Source of the DNA: a bacterium
GTDB lineage: Bacteria > Patescibacteriota > Minisyncoccia > Minisyncoccales > CG1-02-41-26
Length of the DNA stretch: 64,000 nucleotides
Direction: 5' to 3'
NCBI GenBank assembly: GCA_030603395.1
Contig: JAUVXX010000003.1
Span: 30,645-94,644 of the forward strand
A program made the translations under genes and the position numbers. Positions 26,666 to 37,166 of the stretch are shown here, one piece after another. Under the pieces are notes generated by a model. That model had not been told where the DNA came from. It made no database searches and was given only the letters and a program-made list of their open reading frames with translations. Position 1 is the first letter of the stretch; every line of letters begins with the position of its first letter.

Positions 26666-27145
26666 ATGCCAACTTTACATCAACTTATTAAGAAGCCAAG
26701 AAAGAAACAAAAAAAGGCCTCTAAAATGAAGGTCCTAACTTTTGGTTTCAATACTATCAAGAACCGACCTTCTTTTTACCCTTCTTCTTTTAAGAGGGGC
26801 ATTTGCCTTAAGGTTTTTACGGTTACTCCCAAAAAACCCAATTCGGCGCTGAGAAAAGTGGCTAGAATCAGGTTAAGTAATGGGCGAGAAATTACTGCTT
26901 ATATCCCCGGGGAGGGCCATAATTTACAGGAGCACTCCTTGGTTTTAATCAGGGGAGGAAGGGTTAAGGATTTGCCGGGAGTGAGATACCATATAGTAAG
27001 GGGAGTTTTGGATGCGGGAGGAGTTGAGGGAAGAAAGCAAAAGAGATCAAGATATGGGACAAAAAAAGGAAAGGCTAAGGAAAAAACCGAAGAAAAAACC
27101 GAAGAAAAAACCGAAGAGAAGACCGAAGAGAAACCTAAAGAATAA
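26666..27145 (+). CDS. rpsL: Ribosomal protein S12 with internal insertion and repeat-containing C-terminal tail
   Basis: [19 protein letters not shown]...[18 protein letters not shown]. The tail reads [21 protein letters not shown]. Confidence 0.9.
   Translation: MPTLHQLIKKPRKKQKKASKMKVLTFGFNTIKNRPSFYPSSFKRGICLKVFTVTPKKPNSALRKVARIRLSNGREITAYIPGEGHNLQEHSLVLIRGGRVKDLPGVRYHIVRGVLDAGGVEGRKQKRSRYGTKKGKAKEKTEEKTEEKTEEKTEEKPKE
27073..27130 (+). repeat. 12-bp tandem repeat (gaaaaaaccgaa and variants, about 4.5 copies) inside the rpsL 3' end
   Basis: Read directly. It encodes the (EKTE)n tail. Confidence 0.8.
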
Positions 27146-27147
27146 AT

Positions 27148-27612
27148 ATGTCCAAAAAATTTAAAGCACAACCCATCTTGCCAGACCCAGTTTATAACGA
27201 TGTTTTGGTTACCAAATTTGTCAATCAGGTGATGAGAAAGGGAAAGAGAAGTCTGGCCAGAAAAATTGTCTATCAAGCATTAGACATCATAAAAAATCAG
27301 ACAAAAAAAGAACCTTTAGAGGTTTTCAATCAAGGATTGAGAAACGCCTCCCCTTTATTGGAGGTTCGACCTCGAAGAATAGGGGGAGCTACCTATCAGG
27401 TGCCCAGAGAGGTGGGAGAGAAGAGAAGAATGAGCTTGGCTATGAGGTGGATTATTGGGGCAGCCAGGGCTAAGAAAGGCAAGGGGATGGCTCAAAATTT
27501 GGCTCAAGAGTTGCTTGAAGCTTCTCAAGAAAAAGGAGAGGCAGTTCGCAAAAAAATAAATATTCACCGCATGGCCCAAGCCAACAAAGCTTTTGCTTAT
27601 TTGGCGAGGTAA
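27148..27612 (+). CDS. rpsG: Ribosomal protein S7
   Basis: [26 protein letters not shown]...ANKAFAY. Confidence 0.95.
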   Translation: MSKKFKAQPILPDPVYNDVLVTKFVNQVMRKGKRSLARKIVYQALDIIKNQTKKEPLEVFNQGLRNASPLLEVRPRRIGGATYQVPREVGEKRRMSLAMRWIIGAARAKKGKGMAQNLAQELLEASQEKGEAVRKKINIHRMAQANKAFAYLAR

Positions 27613-27690
27613 GCGCTCGCTAACCGAACATTTTTTCAGCGCCCCCACCCTCCCACGCGCCATGCTGAAAAAATGTTGGCCAGCTCGCCC
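27612..27690 (+). repeat. Intergenic hairpin repeat, family 1, copy 1
   Basis: 53 nt (27627-27679) are identical to 45788-45840. A 14-bp perfect stem aacattttttcagc/gctgaaaaaatgtt encloses a 23-nt C-rich loop. Confidence 0.85.
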
Positions 27691-27730
27691 TTATTGGTAT
27701 ATTCGTAATGAATTCGTATTTCGTAACTAT

Positions 27731-29803
27731 ATGAGAGAATACTCTATAGAGAAAACAAGAGATATTGGAATTATTGCTCACATTGATGCAGGAAAAACAA
27801 CCGTGACCGAACGGATTCTTTTTTATACCGGCATCAGCCATAAGCTCGGAGAGGTTCATGATGGTGAAGCCATTATGGATTGGATGGCTCAAGAGAGAGA
27901 AAGGGGGATTACCATAACCTCAGCTGCCACCACCTGTCATTGGCTGGACTATCGCATTAACATCATTGATACGCCGGGACACATTGATTTCACCGCTGAA
28001 GTTCAAAGGTCCTTAAGAGTGCTGGATGGAGCGGTGGTGGTTTTTGATGGAACGGCGGGAGTCGAGGCGCAATCAGAAACTGTTTGGCGTCAAGCGGATT
28101 TATACAATGTTCCCAGAATCTGCTTTTTGAACAAAATGGATAAAGTTGGAGCAGATTTTGAAAAAAGTTTAGAAAGTATTCATCAAAAACTCTCTCCCAA
28201 GGCGGTTCCCCTGCAAATTCCCATCGGGGAAGCCGATGAATTTGAAGGTATTGTTGACCTGATCCGCCAAAAAGCTTTATATTTTGAGGGTGATTTTGGC
28301 GAAAAGGTGGTTGTCAAAGAAATCCCTCAGGACTTGAAAGAAAAAGCGGAAGAGATACGGCAGAAAATGTTAGAGAAAATTGTTGCTGAAGACGAGGTTT
28401 TGTTGGAAAAATTCCTGGAGAAAAAAGAAATCTCTTCTGGAGAACTTCAGGAAGTCCTGAGAAAGGCAACTTTAGCCTATAAACTTATCCCTGTTTTTTG
28501 TGGGGCTTCTTTAAGAAACAAGGGGATTCAGCTCTTGCTTGATGGTGTTTGCTTCTATCTGCCAAGTCCCAAAGACCTTCCACCCGTTCAGGGTTCTGAC
28601 CCCAAGACCGGTAAGAACATTTCAAGAAAACCTGAAGATTCAGAGCCATTTGCCGCTTTGGTTTTTAAGGTGGCTTCAGACCCCTTCGTGGGTAGCCTGA
28701 GCTATTTCCGGGTTTATTCGGGTCATTTGAAAAAGGGTTCTTATGTTTTCAATTCAGTAACTTTAGAAAAAGAAAGAATTGGTAGAATTTTGAGGATGCA
28801 CGCTGCCTCGAGAAATGATTTAGACGAGTTGTTTGCCGGAGACATCGCCGCCACTGTTGGCTTAAAAAATACTACCACCGGCCACACTCTCTGTGATGCT
28901 GAAAGTCCAATTTTGCTGGAGAAGATTAGTTTTCCAGAACCCGTCATTTCCATCCGAATCACTCCAGAAACCAAAGATGACCAGGAAAAATTAGGACAGG
29001 CCTTGAAGAAATTAGCGGAAGAGGACCCTACCTTCAAGCGGAAACAAGACCTGGAGACAGGGGAGACCATTATTTCTGGCATGGGAGAACTCCATTTAGA
29101 GGTTCTTTGCGACAGAATGAAAAGGGAGTTTAAGGTGGCGGCCAACGTCGGTCGCCCCCAGGTAGCTTACAAAGAGACCATTTTACAGGAAGCCGAAGCT
29201 GAAGGGAAATATATTCGCCAGTCCGGCGGGAGGGGACAATATGGGCACGTCTTCTTAAGAATAAAACCCAAAGAGAGAGGAGAGGGCTATGAATTTATAG
29301 ATGCTATCAAGGGAGGAACCATTCCCCAGGAATTTATTCCGGCTGTTAAGAAAGGAGTTCGAGAAGCTATGGACAAGGGAGTTTTGGCTGGTTTCCCAAT
29401 GGTTGATATGGAGGTTACCTTGTTTGATGGTTCTTTTCACGAAGTTGATTCTTCGGAGGTTGCCTTTAAGATTGCTGCCATCCAGGCCATGCAGGCAGGC
29501 TCTAAAAAAGCCAAAACCATTTTATTGGAGCCAGTTATGAAAATTGAGGTGGTTATTCCCGAAGAGTTTTTTGGAGACACCATTGGTGATTTAAACAGGA
29601 GAAGGGGAGTGATTGAAGAGACCAAAGATAGGGCAAAATTGAAAGTAATTGAGAGCAAGGTTCCGCTTGGCGAAATGTTCGGTTATGCGACCTCGTTGCG
29701 CTCCTTGACTCAGGGGCGAGGAACCTTTACAATGGAATTTGACCACTACGATAAGATTCCCGACAACATAACTCAAGAGATAATTGAAGGCAAAAGAAAG
29801 TAA
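27731..29803 (+). CDS. fusA: Elongation factor G
   Basis: [24 protein letters not shown]... The ORF-track start at 27593 reads through the repeat element and was not used. Confidence 0.95.
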   Translation: MREYSIEKTRDIGIIAHIDAGKTTVTERILFYTGISHKLGEVHDGEAIMDWMAQERERGITITSAATTCHWLDYRINIIDTPGHIDFTAEVQRSLRVLDGAVVVFDGTAGVEAQSETVWRQADLYNVPRICFLNKMDKVGADFEKSLESIHQKLSPKAVPLQIPIGEADEFEGIVDLIRQKALYFEGDFGEKVVVKEIPQDLKEKAEEIRQKMLEKIVAEDEVLLEKFLEKKEISSGELQEVLRKATLAYKLIPVFCGASLRNKGIQLLLDGVCFYLPSPKDLPPVQGSDPKTGKNISRKPEDSEPFAALVFKVASDPFVGSLSYFRVYSGHLKKGSYVFNSVTLEKERIGRILRMHAASRNDLDELFAGDIAATVGLKNTTTGHTLCDAESPILLEKISFPEPVISIRITPETKDDQEKLGQALKKLAEEDPTFKRKQDLETGETIISGMGELHLEVLCDRMKREFKVAANVGRPQVAYKETILQEAEAEGKYIRQSGGRGQYGHVFLRIKPKERGEGYEFIDAIKGGTIPQEFIPAVKKGVREAMDKGVLAGFPMVDMEVTLFDGSFHEVDSSEVAFKIAAIQAMQAGSKKAKTILLEPVMKIEVVIPEEFFGDTIGDLNRRRGVIEETKDRAKLKVIESKVPLGEMFGYATSLRSLTQGRGTFTMEFDHYDKIPDNITQEIIEGKRK

Positions 29804-29848
29804 GAACCTGCCTGTGGGCAGAACCTTGATTCGCTAAGGAATAATCAC
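29801..29848 (+). repeat. Post-stop conserved element, family 2, copy A
   Basis: taagaacctgcctgtgggcagaaccttga...ggaataat aligns with 37470-37517. Confidence 0.75.
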
Positions 29849-29859
29849 ACAATCTTGAA

Positions 29860-30093
29860 ATGAAAACCATGGACTTAAATGAAATCAAAAAAATTGTTCC
29901 TGGTAATGGTGAGAGATATATTTTTATTGAAAATGGCAAGCCGGTTCTAGTTTTGCTGTCTTTTGAGGATTACCAGAAAAGATTTAATTCCAGGGAAGAG
30001 AAAGAAACCGAAAGGGAAAAAACTCTTCCCTTAATACCGCAGAGAACCCCCCAGGTAACAAATGATTTAACTTTAGAAGATTTACCCTTTTAA
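29860..30093 (+). CDS. Small protein with Phd/YefM-antitoxin-like N-terminus
   Basis: ERYIFIENGKPVLVLLSFEDYQK resembles the Phd/YefM beta-alpha core. No toxin partner lies adjacent. Confidence 0.35.
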   Translation: MKTMDLNEIKKIVPGNGERYIFIENGKPVLVLLSFEDYQKRFNSREEKETEREKTLPLIPQRTPQVTNDLTLEDLPF

Positions 30094-30179
30094 GAAATCT
30101 CCCCCGACCCCCCAATTTTAGACACCTTCGGTTTCTAACACTCGCTTCGCTCGCTGTTTTTCCACCACGGGGGGATTTC
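30094..30179 (+). repeat. Long-range inverted repeat (gaaatctcccccg / cggggggatttc) enclosing a 61-nt C-rich segment
   Basis: 12-13 bp arms with a one-nucleotide bulge, read directly. It lies immediately upstream of the tuf promoter. Confidence 0.6.
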
Positions 30180-30180
30180 C

Positions 30181-30208
30181 TTGACTTTTATTTTTAATTG
30201 TCTAAAAT
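30181..30208 (+). promoter_or_regulatory. Sigma70-like promoter (ttgact, 16 nt, taaaat) for tuf-S10 operon
   Basis: Hexamers read directly. A leader hairpin tgaaacctc-ccat-gaggtttca lies at about 30242-30263. Confidence 0.5.
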
Positions 30209-30294
30209 AATAATAGTAATCTGAAATGTGAAACTTGAAATTTGAAACCTCCCATGAGGTTTCATTCTACAGGTTGCATGTTTCAAAAAATTTT

Positions 30295-31494
30295 ATGGCA
30301 GAAAAAGCAAAGTTCGAAAGAAAAAAGCCCCATTTGAATATTGGGACTATTGGCCATGTCGACCATGGTAAAACCACTTTAACAGCAGCTATTCTGAAAT
30401 ACACCAAGCTGAAAGGTCTTCTCTGTACCGAGAAAACAGTTGAGCAAATTGACTCAGCCCCCGAAGAGAAAGCTCGAGGTTTGACCATTAATATTTGCCA
30501 TACCGAGTTTGAGACCGACAAACGTCATTATGCTCTAATTGACTGCCCGGGGCACGCTGACTACATCAAGAATATGATTACTGGCGCCGCCCAAATGGAC
30601 GGAGCAATCTTGGTGGTTTCAGCAACTGACGGACCTATGCCTCAAACCAGAGAGCACGTTTTGTTAGCCAGGCAGGTTGGCTTGAACTCTTTGATAGTCT
30701 TTTTAAACAAAACCGATCAGGTGGATGACCCGGAAATGATTGACCTGGTGGAATCAGAGACAAGAGAACTTTTGAAAAAGTATGAATTTCCAGGCGATAA
30801 GATTCCTATTATCAGGGGTTCAGCCATTAAGGCTCTGGAGGCAAGTTCTCTAGATGATGAAGCAATGAAGCCTGTGGGGGAGTTGCTCAGTAAGATAGAT
30901 GAAAGCATTCCAGAACCCACGAGAGCCCTAGACCAACCATTTTTGATGGCCATAGAGGACGTTTTCTCGATTGCCGGGAGAGGAACCGTACCTACCGGAA
31001 GAGTTGAGAGGGGAGTGATTAAGTCGGGAGAAGCAGTAGAGGTAGTAGGATTGAGGGCAACCCAGAAAACAACCGTTGTTTCCATTGAGATGTTCAATAA
31101 AATTTTGGATGAGGGAAGAGCTGGAGATAATGTGGGAATTTTACTCAGAGGTCTGAAAAAAGAGGATATTGAAAGAGGCCAAGTTTTAGCGAAACCCGGC
31201 TCAGTTACCCCCCATACTGAATACGAAGCAGAAGTTTACATTCTGTCCAAAGAGGAAGGTGGTCGTCACACTCCCTTCTTTGCTGGATACAAACCCCAAT
31301 TTTACATCAGAACTTGTGATGTAACCGGGGAAGTTACTTTACCTAAGGGTACGGAAATGGTTATGCCAGGTGACACCGTGAACTTGAAGATTAAATTGAT
31401 AGCTCCGGTGGCGCTTGAAGAAAAACAAAGATTTGCCCTTAGAGAAGGAGGCAAGACGGTTGGGGCAGGAGTGGTTATCAAGATAATTAAGTGA
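30295..31494 (+). CDS. tuf: Elongation factor Tu
   Basis: [28 protein letters not shown]... Ends with TGA. Confidence 0.95.
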   Translation: MAEKAKFERKKPHLNIGTIGHVDHGKTTLTAAILKYTKLKGLLCTEKTVEQIDSAPEEKARGLTINICHTEFETDKRHYALIDCPGHADYIKNMITGAAQMDGAILVVSATDGPMPQTREHVLLARQVGLNSLIVFLNKTDQVDDPEMIDLVESETRELLKKYEFPGDKIPIIRGSAIKALEASSLDDEAMKPVGELLSKIDESIPEPTRALDQPFLMAIEDVFSIAGRGTVPTGRVERGVIKSGEAVEVVGLRATQKTTVVSIEMFNKILDEGRAGDNVGILLRGLKKEDIERGQVLAKPGSVTPHTEYEAEVYILSKEEGGRHTPFFAGYKPQFYIRTCDVTGEVTLPKGTEMVMPGDTVNLKIKLIAPVALEEKQRFALREGGKTVGAGVVIKIIK

Positions 31495-31497
31495 AAA

Positions 31498-31881
31498 ATG
31501 CCCAAAACTAAAACTTCCGCCAGAGTTTCTGAAATAAAGGAGAAAAAGACAGCCAAGGAGGAAGTTTCCTCGTCTGGCGTTTCTCTTAAGATTAAATTAA
31601 AAGCCTACGACCATAAAGTTATTGATGCCAGTTGTCGTCAGATTATTGAGATAGCCCTTAGAGCCGGAGTTGAGGTGGCGGGACCCATTCCTTTACCAAC
31701 CGAAATTCACAAATATACGGTCAATCGCTCAAGTTTCATCCACAAAGATTCCAGAGAGCAGTTTGAGATGAGAATCCACAAAAGATTGATTGAGATTTTA
31801 ACTTCTAATCAGAGATTTATCGGTGCTTTGAGAGATTTGACCTTACCCACTGGAGTGGAAATTGAGGTTAAGACCACTTAA
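31498..31881 (+). CDS. rpsJ: Ribosomal protein S10 (with about 25-aa N-terminal extension)
   Basis: [22 protein letters not shown]...[12 protein letters not shown]. Confidence 0.9.
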   Translation: MPKTKTSARVSEIKEKKTAKEEVSSSGVSLKIKLKAYDHKVIDASCRQIIEIALRAGVEVAGPIPLPTEIHKYTVNRSSFIHKDSREQFEMRIHKRLIEILTSNQRFIGALRDLTLPTGVEIEVKTT

Positions 31882-31946
31882 ATTTGAAGCATCATATGAC
31901 AACTTGTTTTAAAAAATAATTTTTTAGTTTTGAGCGACTATCCATT

Positions 31947-31979
31947 GAAATACCGGGTTAGTTGCCCGGTATTTCTTTT
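31947..31979 (+). promoter_or_regulatory. Terminator/attenuator-like hairpin between rpsJ and rplC
   Basis: 11-bp perfect stem gaaataccggg/cccggtatttc with a 7-nt loop, then tttt. It lies 8 nt before the rplC start. Confidence 0.55.
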
Positions 31980-31986
31980 AGGAAAT

Positions 31987-32577
31987 ATGACCAAATTCAT
32001 TTTAGGTAAAAAATTGGAAATGTCACAGATTTTTAAGGACGATAAAGTTTTACCTGTTACCCTAATTGAAGCAGGGCCTTGTTTTATTACCCAGATAAAA
32101 ACCAAAGAGAAAGACGGTTACCGTACCCTGCAAATTGGCTTTGAGAAATTGAAAGAGAAGAAAGTAAAAAAGCCCCAGCAGGGTAAACCTTACCGTTATT
32201 TGAGAGAATTTGGAGACAAGCTTGAAGAATACAAGATTGGTCAAAAGATTGATGTTTCAATTTTTAAAGAAGGAGACAAAGTGAAAATTTCTGGTATTAG
32301 TAAGGGCAAGGGATTCCAGGGGGCTGTTAAAAGATGGGGTTTTTCTGGAAAGAGTGCCACCCATGGAGTAAAACATGAACATCGAACGTTGGGTTCAGTA
32401 GGCAGTTCTTTTCCCGAAAGAGTTCTCCGAGGAAAGAAAATGCCGGGCAGAATGGGTGCTGAAAGAGTGACCGTACCCAACTTAAAAATTGTTAAGGTGG
32501 ACATTGAGAATAATTTATTGGCTATCAAGGGAGCCATTCCCGGCCGAAGAGGAACCCTTTTAGAAATTAAAACTTAA
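31987..32577 (+). CDS. rplC: Ribosomal protein L3
   Basis: MTKFILGKKLEMSQIF...GKGFQGAVKRWGF. Confidence 0.95.
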   Translation: MTKFILGKKLEMSQIFKDDKVLPVTLIEAGPCFITQIKTKEKDGYRTLQIGFEKLKEKKVKKPQQGKPYRYLREFGDKLEEYKIGQKIDVSIFKEGDKVKISGISKGKGFQGAVKRWGFSGKSATHGVKHEHRTLGSVGSSFPERVLRGKKMPGRMGAERVTVPNLKIVKVDIENNLLAIKGAIPGRRGTLLEIKT

Positions 32578-32588
32578 AAACGAACTTT

Positions 32589-33218
32589 ATGATAGCCGAA
32601 GTTTACAATCAAGAAGGTAAGAAAGTTGGACAGACGAGATTGCCCAAGGAGATTTTTGAAGTGAAAATGAATTCTGACCTGGTTCATCAGGTTGTTGTTT
32701 CGCAAATAGCCAATCGAAGACAAAAAATTGCCCAGACCAAAACGAGAGGTGAGGTCCGGGGAGGGGGAAGGAAACCCTGGGCTCAAAAAGGCACCGGACG
32801 CGCCAGGGTAGGCAGTATTCGTTCGCCTATATGGCGGGGTGGTGGAGTTACTTTCGGTCCCAGAAAAGAGAAAGTTTTTAAGAAAAAGATTCCCAAGAAG
32901 ATAAAGAGAAAAGCTCTTTTAATGGTTCTCAGTGCCAAAGCAAAAAACAATCTGTTAACTTTGTTGGAGGAATTAAAAATTAGAAAGCCAAAGACCAAAA
33001 TGATTTCAGAAGTTTTAAATAAACTTTCCAGCAAACAGAAAAGTACTTTGATTGTCTTGCCAGAAGTTAATCGAAATTTAATTTTGGCTGCCAGAAATCT
33101 TCCCAAGATTGAAGTGATTCAAGCTAAAGACCTTAATGCTTTAGATTTGTTGTCTTTTAAGTATTTGTTAATGCCCAAGAGCTCTCTGAAGGTAATCAAG
33201 GAAACATTTACCAAGTAA
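32589..33218 (+). CDS. rplD: Ribosomal protein L4
   Basis: GGGRKPWAQKGTGRARVGSIRSPIWRGGG. Confidence 0.95.
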   Translation: MIAEVYNQEGKKVGQTRLPKEIFEVKMNSDLVHQVVVSQIANRRQKIAQTKTRGEVRGGGRKPWAQKGTGRARVGSIRSPIWRGGGVTFGPRKEKVFKKKIPKKIKRKALLMVLSAKAKNNLLTLLEELKIRKPKTKMISEVLNKLSSKQKSTLIVLPEVNRNLILAARNLPKIEVIQAKDLNALDLLSFKYLLMPKSSLKVIKETFTK

Positions 33219-33223
33219 TTAAC

Positions 33224-33646
33224 ATGGCTTTGCTCAAATTTTTTAAAAAAAAGAAACGGGAGAAGAAAAAAGAGACAGAAAAACCAAAAGAGAAGGTTGA
33301 AGAAAAAGTAATTGAGAAACCTTCGGTTCCAGTTCAACCTCAAAGAACAAGGAAAAAAGAGACGGGGGTGGCTCCTCTGGTTTTGAAATCTGCCCACATT
33401 ACCGAAAAAGCCACAGATTTAGCAAGAAAGAATCAGTATGTCTTTAAAGTTTCCTCTACTTCTTCCAAGCAAGAAATTAAAAAGGCGGTTGAGGAAGTTT
33501 ATGGAGTTAATATCTCAAAGGTGAGACTGATTAAGGTAAAGAGAAAACAAAGAAGGTTGGGAAGGACTTTTGGCTGGAGAAAGGGCTATAAAAAAGCCAT
33601 TGTTATTTTGAAAAAGGGACAAAAAATAGAAATATTACCTAGGTAA
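33224..33646 (+). CDS. rplW: Ribosomal protein L23 (Lys-rich N-terminal extension)
   Basis: ITEKATDLARKNQYVFKV...KKAIVIL. Confidence 0.9.
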   Translation: MALLKFFKKKKREKKKETEKPKEKVEEKVIEKPSVPVQPQRTRKKETGVAPLVLKSAHITEKATDLARKNQYVFKVSSTSSKQEIKKAVEEVYGVNISKVRLIKVKRKQRRLGRTFGWRKGYKKAIVILKKGQKIEILPR

Positions 33647-33647
33647 T

Positions 33648-34424
33648 ATGAAAAAAATATTAAGTAAAAAAGAACCGGAGAAGAAACTGGTGAGAGGATT
33701 GAGAAAGAGAGGAGGAAGAAGTAAGTCGGGAAGAATTACCGTTCGCCATAAAGGCGGTGGAGTTAAACGACTTTATCGCCAAATAGAATTCGGACAGGGA
33801 AAACTTGACAAGATCGCCAAGATTGAGGCCTTAGAGTACGACCCGAACAGAACCAGCTTTCTCGCCTTACTTTCCTATCAAGACGGCCAAAAGCGATATA
33901 TTTTAGCTCCCCAGAGATTAAAGATTGGCGATGAAGTTATCTTCTCTGAAAAGACCACGCTCCGACCAGGCAATCGTCAGAAACTAAAAAATGTTCCAGT
34001 AGGCACCCTTGTCCACAATATTGAGATTGAACCTGACAGAGGAGGGAAATTAGTGAGGGGGGCTGGAACTTCAGCTCAAGTGATGGCGCAGGAAGGCAAG
34101 TACACCCATTTAAAAATGCCATCGGGAGAATTGAGGAAGGTTCTCAGAGAGTGTTTCAGCTCCATGGGAGAAGTTTCCAATCCCGAACACCGATTCCGTA
34201 AATTGGGAAAAGCTGGGAAAAGTCGCTTGAGGGGCAGGAGACCCACTGTTCGGGGTTCAGCCATGGTGCCAGCAGCCCACCCCCACGGTGGAGGAGAAGG
34301 GAGAACTGGTATAGGTTTGAAACATCCCAAAACTCCTTGGGGAAAATTAGCCAAGGGAGGAAAAACCAGAAGGAAAAAATGGACAGACAAATTAATCATC
34401 CAGAGACGTCAGAGAAAAAGGTAA
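33648..34424 (+). CDS. rplB: Ribosomal protein L2
   Basis: GRITVRHKGGGVKRLYR...RGSAMVPAAHPHGGGEG. Confidence 0.95.
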   Translation: MKKILSKKEPEKKLVRGLRKRGGRSKSGRITVRHKGGGVKRLYRQIEFGQGKLDKIAKIEALEYDPNRTSFLALLSYQDGQKRYILAPQRLKIGDEVIFSEKTTLRPGNRQKLKNVPVGTLVHNIEIEPDRGGKLVRGAGTSAQVMAQEGKYTHLKMPSGELRKVLRECFSSMGEVSNPEHRFRKLGKAGKSRLRGRRPTVRGSAMVPAAHPHGGGEGRTGIGLKHPKTPWGKLAKGGKTRRKKWTDKLIIQRRQRKR

Positions 34425-34430
34425 AAAAAT

Positions 34431-34760
34431 ATGGCACGAAGTCTAAAAAAAGGTCCATATGTAGATGAAAGATTGATGAAGAAAATCTCCACGTTGAAAA
34501 AGGGAGGTAAAACCATTATTAAGACGTGGAGGAGGGCTCAAACCATCACGCCTGAGATGGTTGGTTTTACTTTCGGGGTTCATAATGGTAAAGAGCATGT
34601 GCCGGTTCAGGTGACCGAGGAAATGGTTGGTCACAAGCTTGGTGAATTCTCTCCAACCACCAAGTTTCAAAGGCACGGTGGTAGGATGCAAAGGGACCTG
34701 GAGGTAAAGGAAAGAGAAAAAGAAGTCCAAAAGGTGACCACAGAGGAGCCCAGCAAATAA
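34431..34760 (+). CDS. rpsS: Ribosomal protein S19 (C-terminal extension)
   Basis: [12 protein letters not shown]...[11 protein letters not shown]...KLGEFSPT. Confidence 0.95.
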   Translation: MARSLKKGPYVDERLMKKISTLKKGGKTIIKTWRRAQTITPEMVGFTFGVHNGKEHVPVQVTEEMVGHKLGEFSPTTKFQRHGGRMQRDLEVKEREKEVQKVTTEEPSK

Positions 34761-34764
34761 ATTT

Positions 34765-35262
34765 ATGGAAGTTAAAGCCGCTCTAAAATATTTAAGAATA
34801 GCTCCCAGGAAAGTCCGACTTTTAACTGATTTAATTCGGGGTAAAAAAGTTGAGGAGGCCAGAACTCTTTTAAACTTTAGTTTAAAAAGAGGAAGTCAGC
34901 CCTTAAAAAAACTTTTGGAGGGAGCTATAGCTAATGCCAGACATAATTTTCAATTGGAAGAGAAAGGTCTTTGGATTTCAGAAATTAAAGTGGATGAAGG
35001 TCCAAAACTCAAGAGATGGAGGGCTCGAGCTAGAGGTCGGGCAGCCGAGATTCAAAAAAAGACGAGCCACGTTAGTTTAATTCTTTCCGGGGATAAAAAG
35101 CGAAGGGTTGTGGTACCCGGGAAAAAGAAAGTAGCTGAAAAAGAGAAGGTCCCCGAAGAAAAACCAAAAATAAAGACAGAGGCTCCCAAGCCCGAGAGAG
35201 AAATTATTCCCACCAAAGCCCCTGGTGCCAGAAAGAGAATTTTCAGAAGAAAAGCATTCTAA
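34765..35262 (+). CDS. rplV: Ribosomal protein L22 (Lys/Glu/Pro-rich C-terminal extension)
   Basis: LRIAPRKVRLLTDLIRGKKVEEA...RARGRAAEIQKKTSHV. Confidence 0.9.
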   Translation: MEVKAALKYLRIAPRKVRLLTDLIRGKKVEEARTLLNFSLKRGSQPLKKLLEGAIANARHNFQLEEKGLWISEIKVDEGPKLKRWRARARGRAAEIQKKTSHVSLILSGDKKRRVVVPGKKKVAEKEKVPEEKPKIKTEAPKPEREIIPTKAPGARKRIFRRKAF

Positions 35263-35266
35263 AAAC

Positions 35267-35923
35267 ATGAGCCATAAAGTCCATCCAAGAATTTTTAGAA
35301 TAAGAGAAACCAAAGATTGGGATTCCCGAGGAATTTACCAGAAAAAATTTCCTCAATATTTAGAGGAAGATTTTAAGCTGAGAAAATTTTTGTCAAAAAG
35401 ATTACCCCGGGGAGCAGTGGAGAGAATTGAAATTGAAAGAGGACAAACCTTGTTAAAAATTATTATTAAAACGGCCAGACCCGCCTTGGTTATTGGCAGG
35501 GGGGGAGAAGAGATTGAGAAGTTGAAGAAGGATTTAGAGAAAATTCTGGCAAAGGATAGGGAAAAAACCGGGCCAAAGCAAGAGACAAAAATAGAAATTA
35601 TTGAAGTTAAAGATCCCTGGAGTTCGGCGGTTCTCTGTAGTCAATGGATAGTTTCTCAGATTGAAAAGAGAGTTCCATTCCGGCGAGTTTTAAAAATGTC
35701 TTTGAGTAAGATTATGGCTTCCAAGGAGATCAAGGGGGCTAGGGTTCAGGTTGCTGGAAGGTTAAATGGCATTGAGATTTCCAGGACCGAGTGGTTAAAA
35801 GAGGGGAAATTACCCCGCCAAAATCTAAGAGCAATTATTGATTACGGCTTTAGCCAGGCCTATTGTACCTATGGAGTAATAGGGGTGAAGGTCTGGATAT
35901 ATAAGGGAGAACAATTTGAGTAA
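35267..35923 (+). CDS. rpsC: Ribosomal protein S3
   Basis: MSHKVHPRIFRI...VIGRGGEEIEKL (KH)...GRLNGIEISRTEW. Confidence 0.95.
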   Translation: MSHKVHPRIFRIRETKDWDSRGIYQKKFPQYLEEDFKLRKFLSKRLPRGAVERIEIERGQTLLKIIIKTARPALVIGRGGEEIEKLKKDLEKILAKDREKTGPKQETKIEIIEVKDPWSSAVLCSQWIVSQIEKRVPFRRVLKMSLSKIMASKEIKGARVQVAGRLNGIEISRTEWLKEGKLPRQNLRAIIDYGFSQAYCTYGVIGVKVWIYKGEQFE

Positions 35924-35924
35924 T

Positions 35925-36347
35925 ATGGTCATATTAGAACCAAAGAAAATGAAACATCCCAAATGGCAGAAGGGAAGAAGTAAGGGAAGAGCTACCAGAG
36001 GAACCGAACTTTGTTTCGGGAGTTTTGGGTTGAAATCCCTGGGAACCTGTTGGATTACCTCGGCTCAAATTGAAGCAGCCAGAAGAGTGGTTACCAGAAC
36101 CTTGAAGAAGAAAGGAAAACTCTGGATTAGAATTTTTCCACAAAAGCCGGTAACCTTTAAGGGAGTGGAAACTCCTATGGGTGGAGGAAAAGGAAGCGTT
36201 AGTCATTATGTTTTTCCCATAAAACCAGGCCGGATTATTTTTGAATTAGATGGCGTAGAAAAAGAGTTGGCCGAAGAGGCCCTCAAAAAAGCCTCAGATA
36301 AGTTGCCTTTAAAGACAAGGTTTGTTAAAAAGGAAATAAGACATTAA
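35925..36347 (+). CDS. rplP: Ribosomal protein L16
   Basis: FGLKSLGTCWITSAQIEAARRV...PMGGGKGS. Confidence 0.95.
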   Translation: MVILEPKKMKHPKWQKGRSKGRATRGTELCFGSFGLKSLGTCWITSAQIEAARRVVTRTLKKKGKLWIRIFPQKPVTFKGVETPMGGGKGSVSHYVFPIKPGRIIFELDGVEKELAEEALKKASDKLPLKTRFVKKEIRH

Positions 36348-36354
36348 TTAAGAT

Positions 36355-36558
36355 ATGCCCAAGGCTAAAGAAAAAATTAGAGAATTTTCACGAATACCCC
36401 AGGGAGAACTCCAGCGAATTCTTCGAGAAAAAAGAGAGAAATTAAGAGAGTTTAGATTTAATCTGGCTGGTGGAAAGGTTAAAAATGTTAGTGAAATTAG
36501 AGAGACCAAAAAAGACATCGCGCGAATTCTCACACTATTAAAACAAAAAATGACATGA
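36355..36558 (+). CDS. rpmC: Ribosomal protein L29
   Basis: [36 protein letters not shown]. Confidence 0.9.
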   Translation: MPKAKEKIREFSRIPQGELQRILREKREKLREFRFNLAGGKVKNVSEIRETKKDIARILTLLKQKMT

Positions 36559-36788
36559 AAAGAAAATTACAAGGAATAATTGTTTCAGATAAGATGGAAA
36601 AGACCGTGGTGGTTAAAGTGGAAAGGATTAAAGAACATCCCAAATACAAAAGAAGGTATAAAGTTAGCAAGAAATACAAGGCCCACATTAAGGAAGGTGA
36701 TTTTAAGATAGGGGATAAAGTAGTAATTGAGGAATGCCGCCCTTTCAGCAAAGACAAGAAATGGCGGGTAATTAAGAGAGTGAAATAA
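36555..36788 (+). CDS. rpsQ: Ribosomal protein S17
   Basis: [20 protein letters not shown]...HPKYKR...KAH. Confidence 0.9.
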   Translation: MKRKLQGIIVSDKMEKTVVVKVERIKEHPKYKRRYKVSKKYKAHIKEGDFKIGDKVVIEECRPFSKDKKWRVIKRVK

Positions 36789-36796
36789 ATAACACT

Positions 36797-37165
36797 ATGA
36801 TCCAAGTTGGTACCAGAGTAAAAGTAGCTGATAATAGTGGAGCGAAAATGGTCCAGTGTTTTAATATTCCCGGGGGCACCAGGAAACGTGTGGCTCAGCT
36901 CGGAGAGATTATTACCGCCGCCGTTAAGGAGGCTGAACCAAGGAAAGAAGTTAAAACTCACGATAAAGTCAAAGCGGTGATTGTCAGACAGAAAAAAGCC
37001 TTCCGAAGAAAAGATGGTTCATACATTAAGTTTGACGAAAATGCCTGTTGCATCTTAGCTGATTCAAAGAATCCTAAAGGAAATAGAATTTTCGGACCTA
37101 TTCCCAGAGAATTGAAAGAAAAAGGATTTGACAAAATAGCCACCTTGGCTGAAGAAATTGTCTAA
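36797..37165 (+). CDS. rplN: Ribosomal protein L14
   Basis: MIQVGTRVKVADNSGAK... Confidence 0.95.
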   Translation: MIQVGTRVKVADNSGAKMVQCFNIPGGTRKRVAQLGEIITAAVKEAEPRKEVKTHDKVKAVIVRQKKAFRRKDGSYIKFDENACCILADSKNPKGNRIFGPIPRELKEKGFDKIATLAEEIV

Positions 37166-37166
37166 T

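Noticed and set aside
27593-27730. An N-terminal extension of EF-G suggested by the ORF track (start at 27593). A similar ORF at 45630-45863 reads through the other repeat copy.
   Set aside because: Both are translations through the family-1 hairpin repeat, in different frames. EF-G aligns from [11 protein letters not shown] at 27731.
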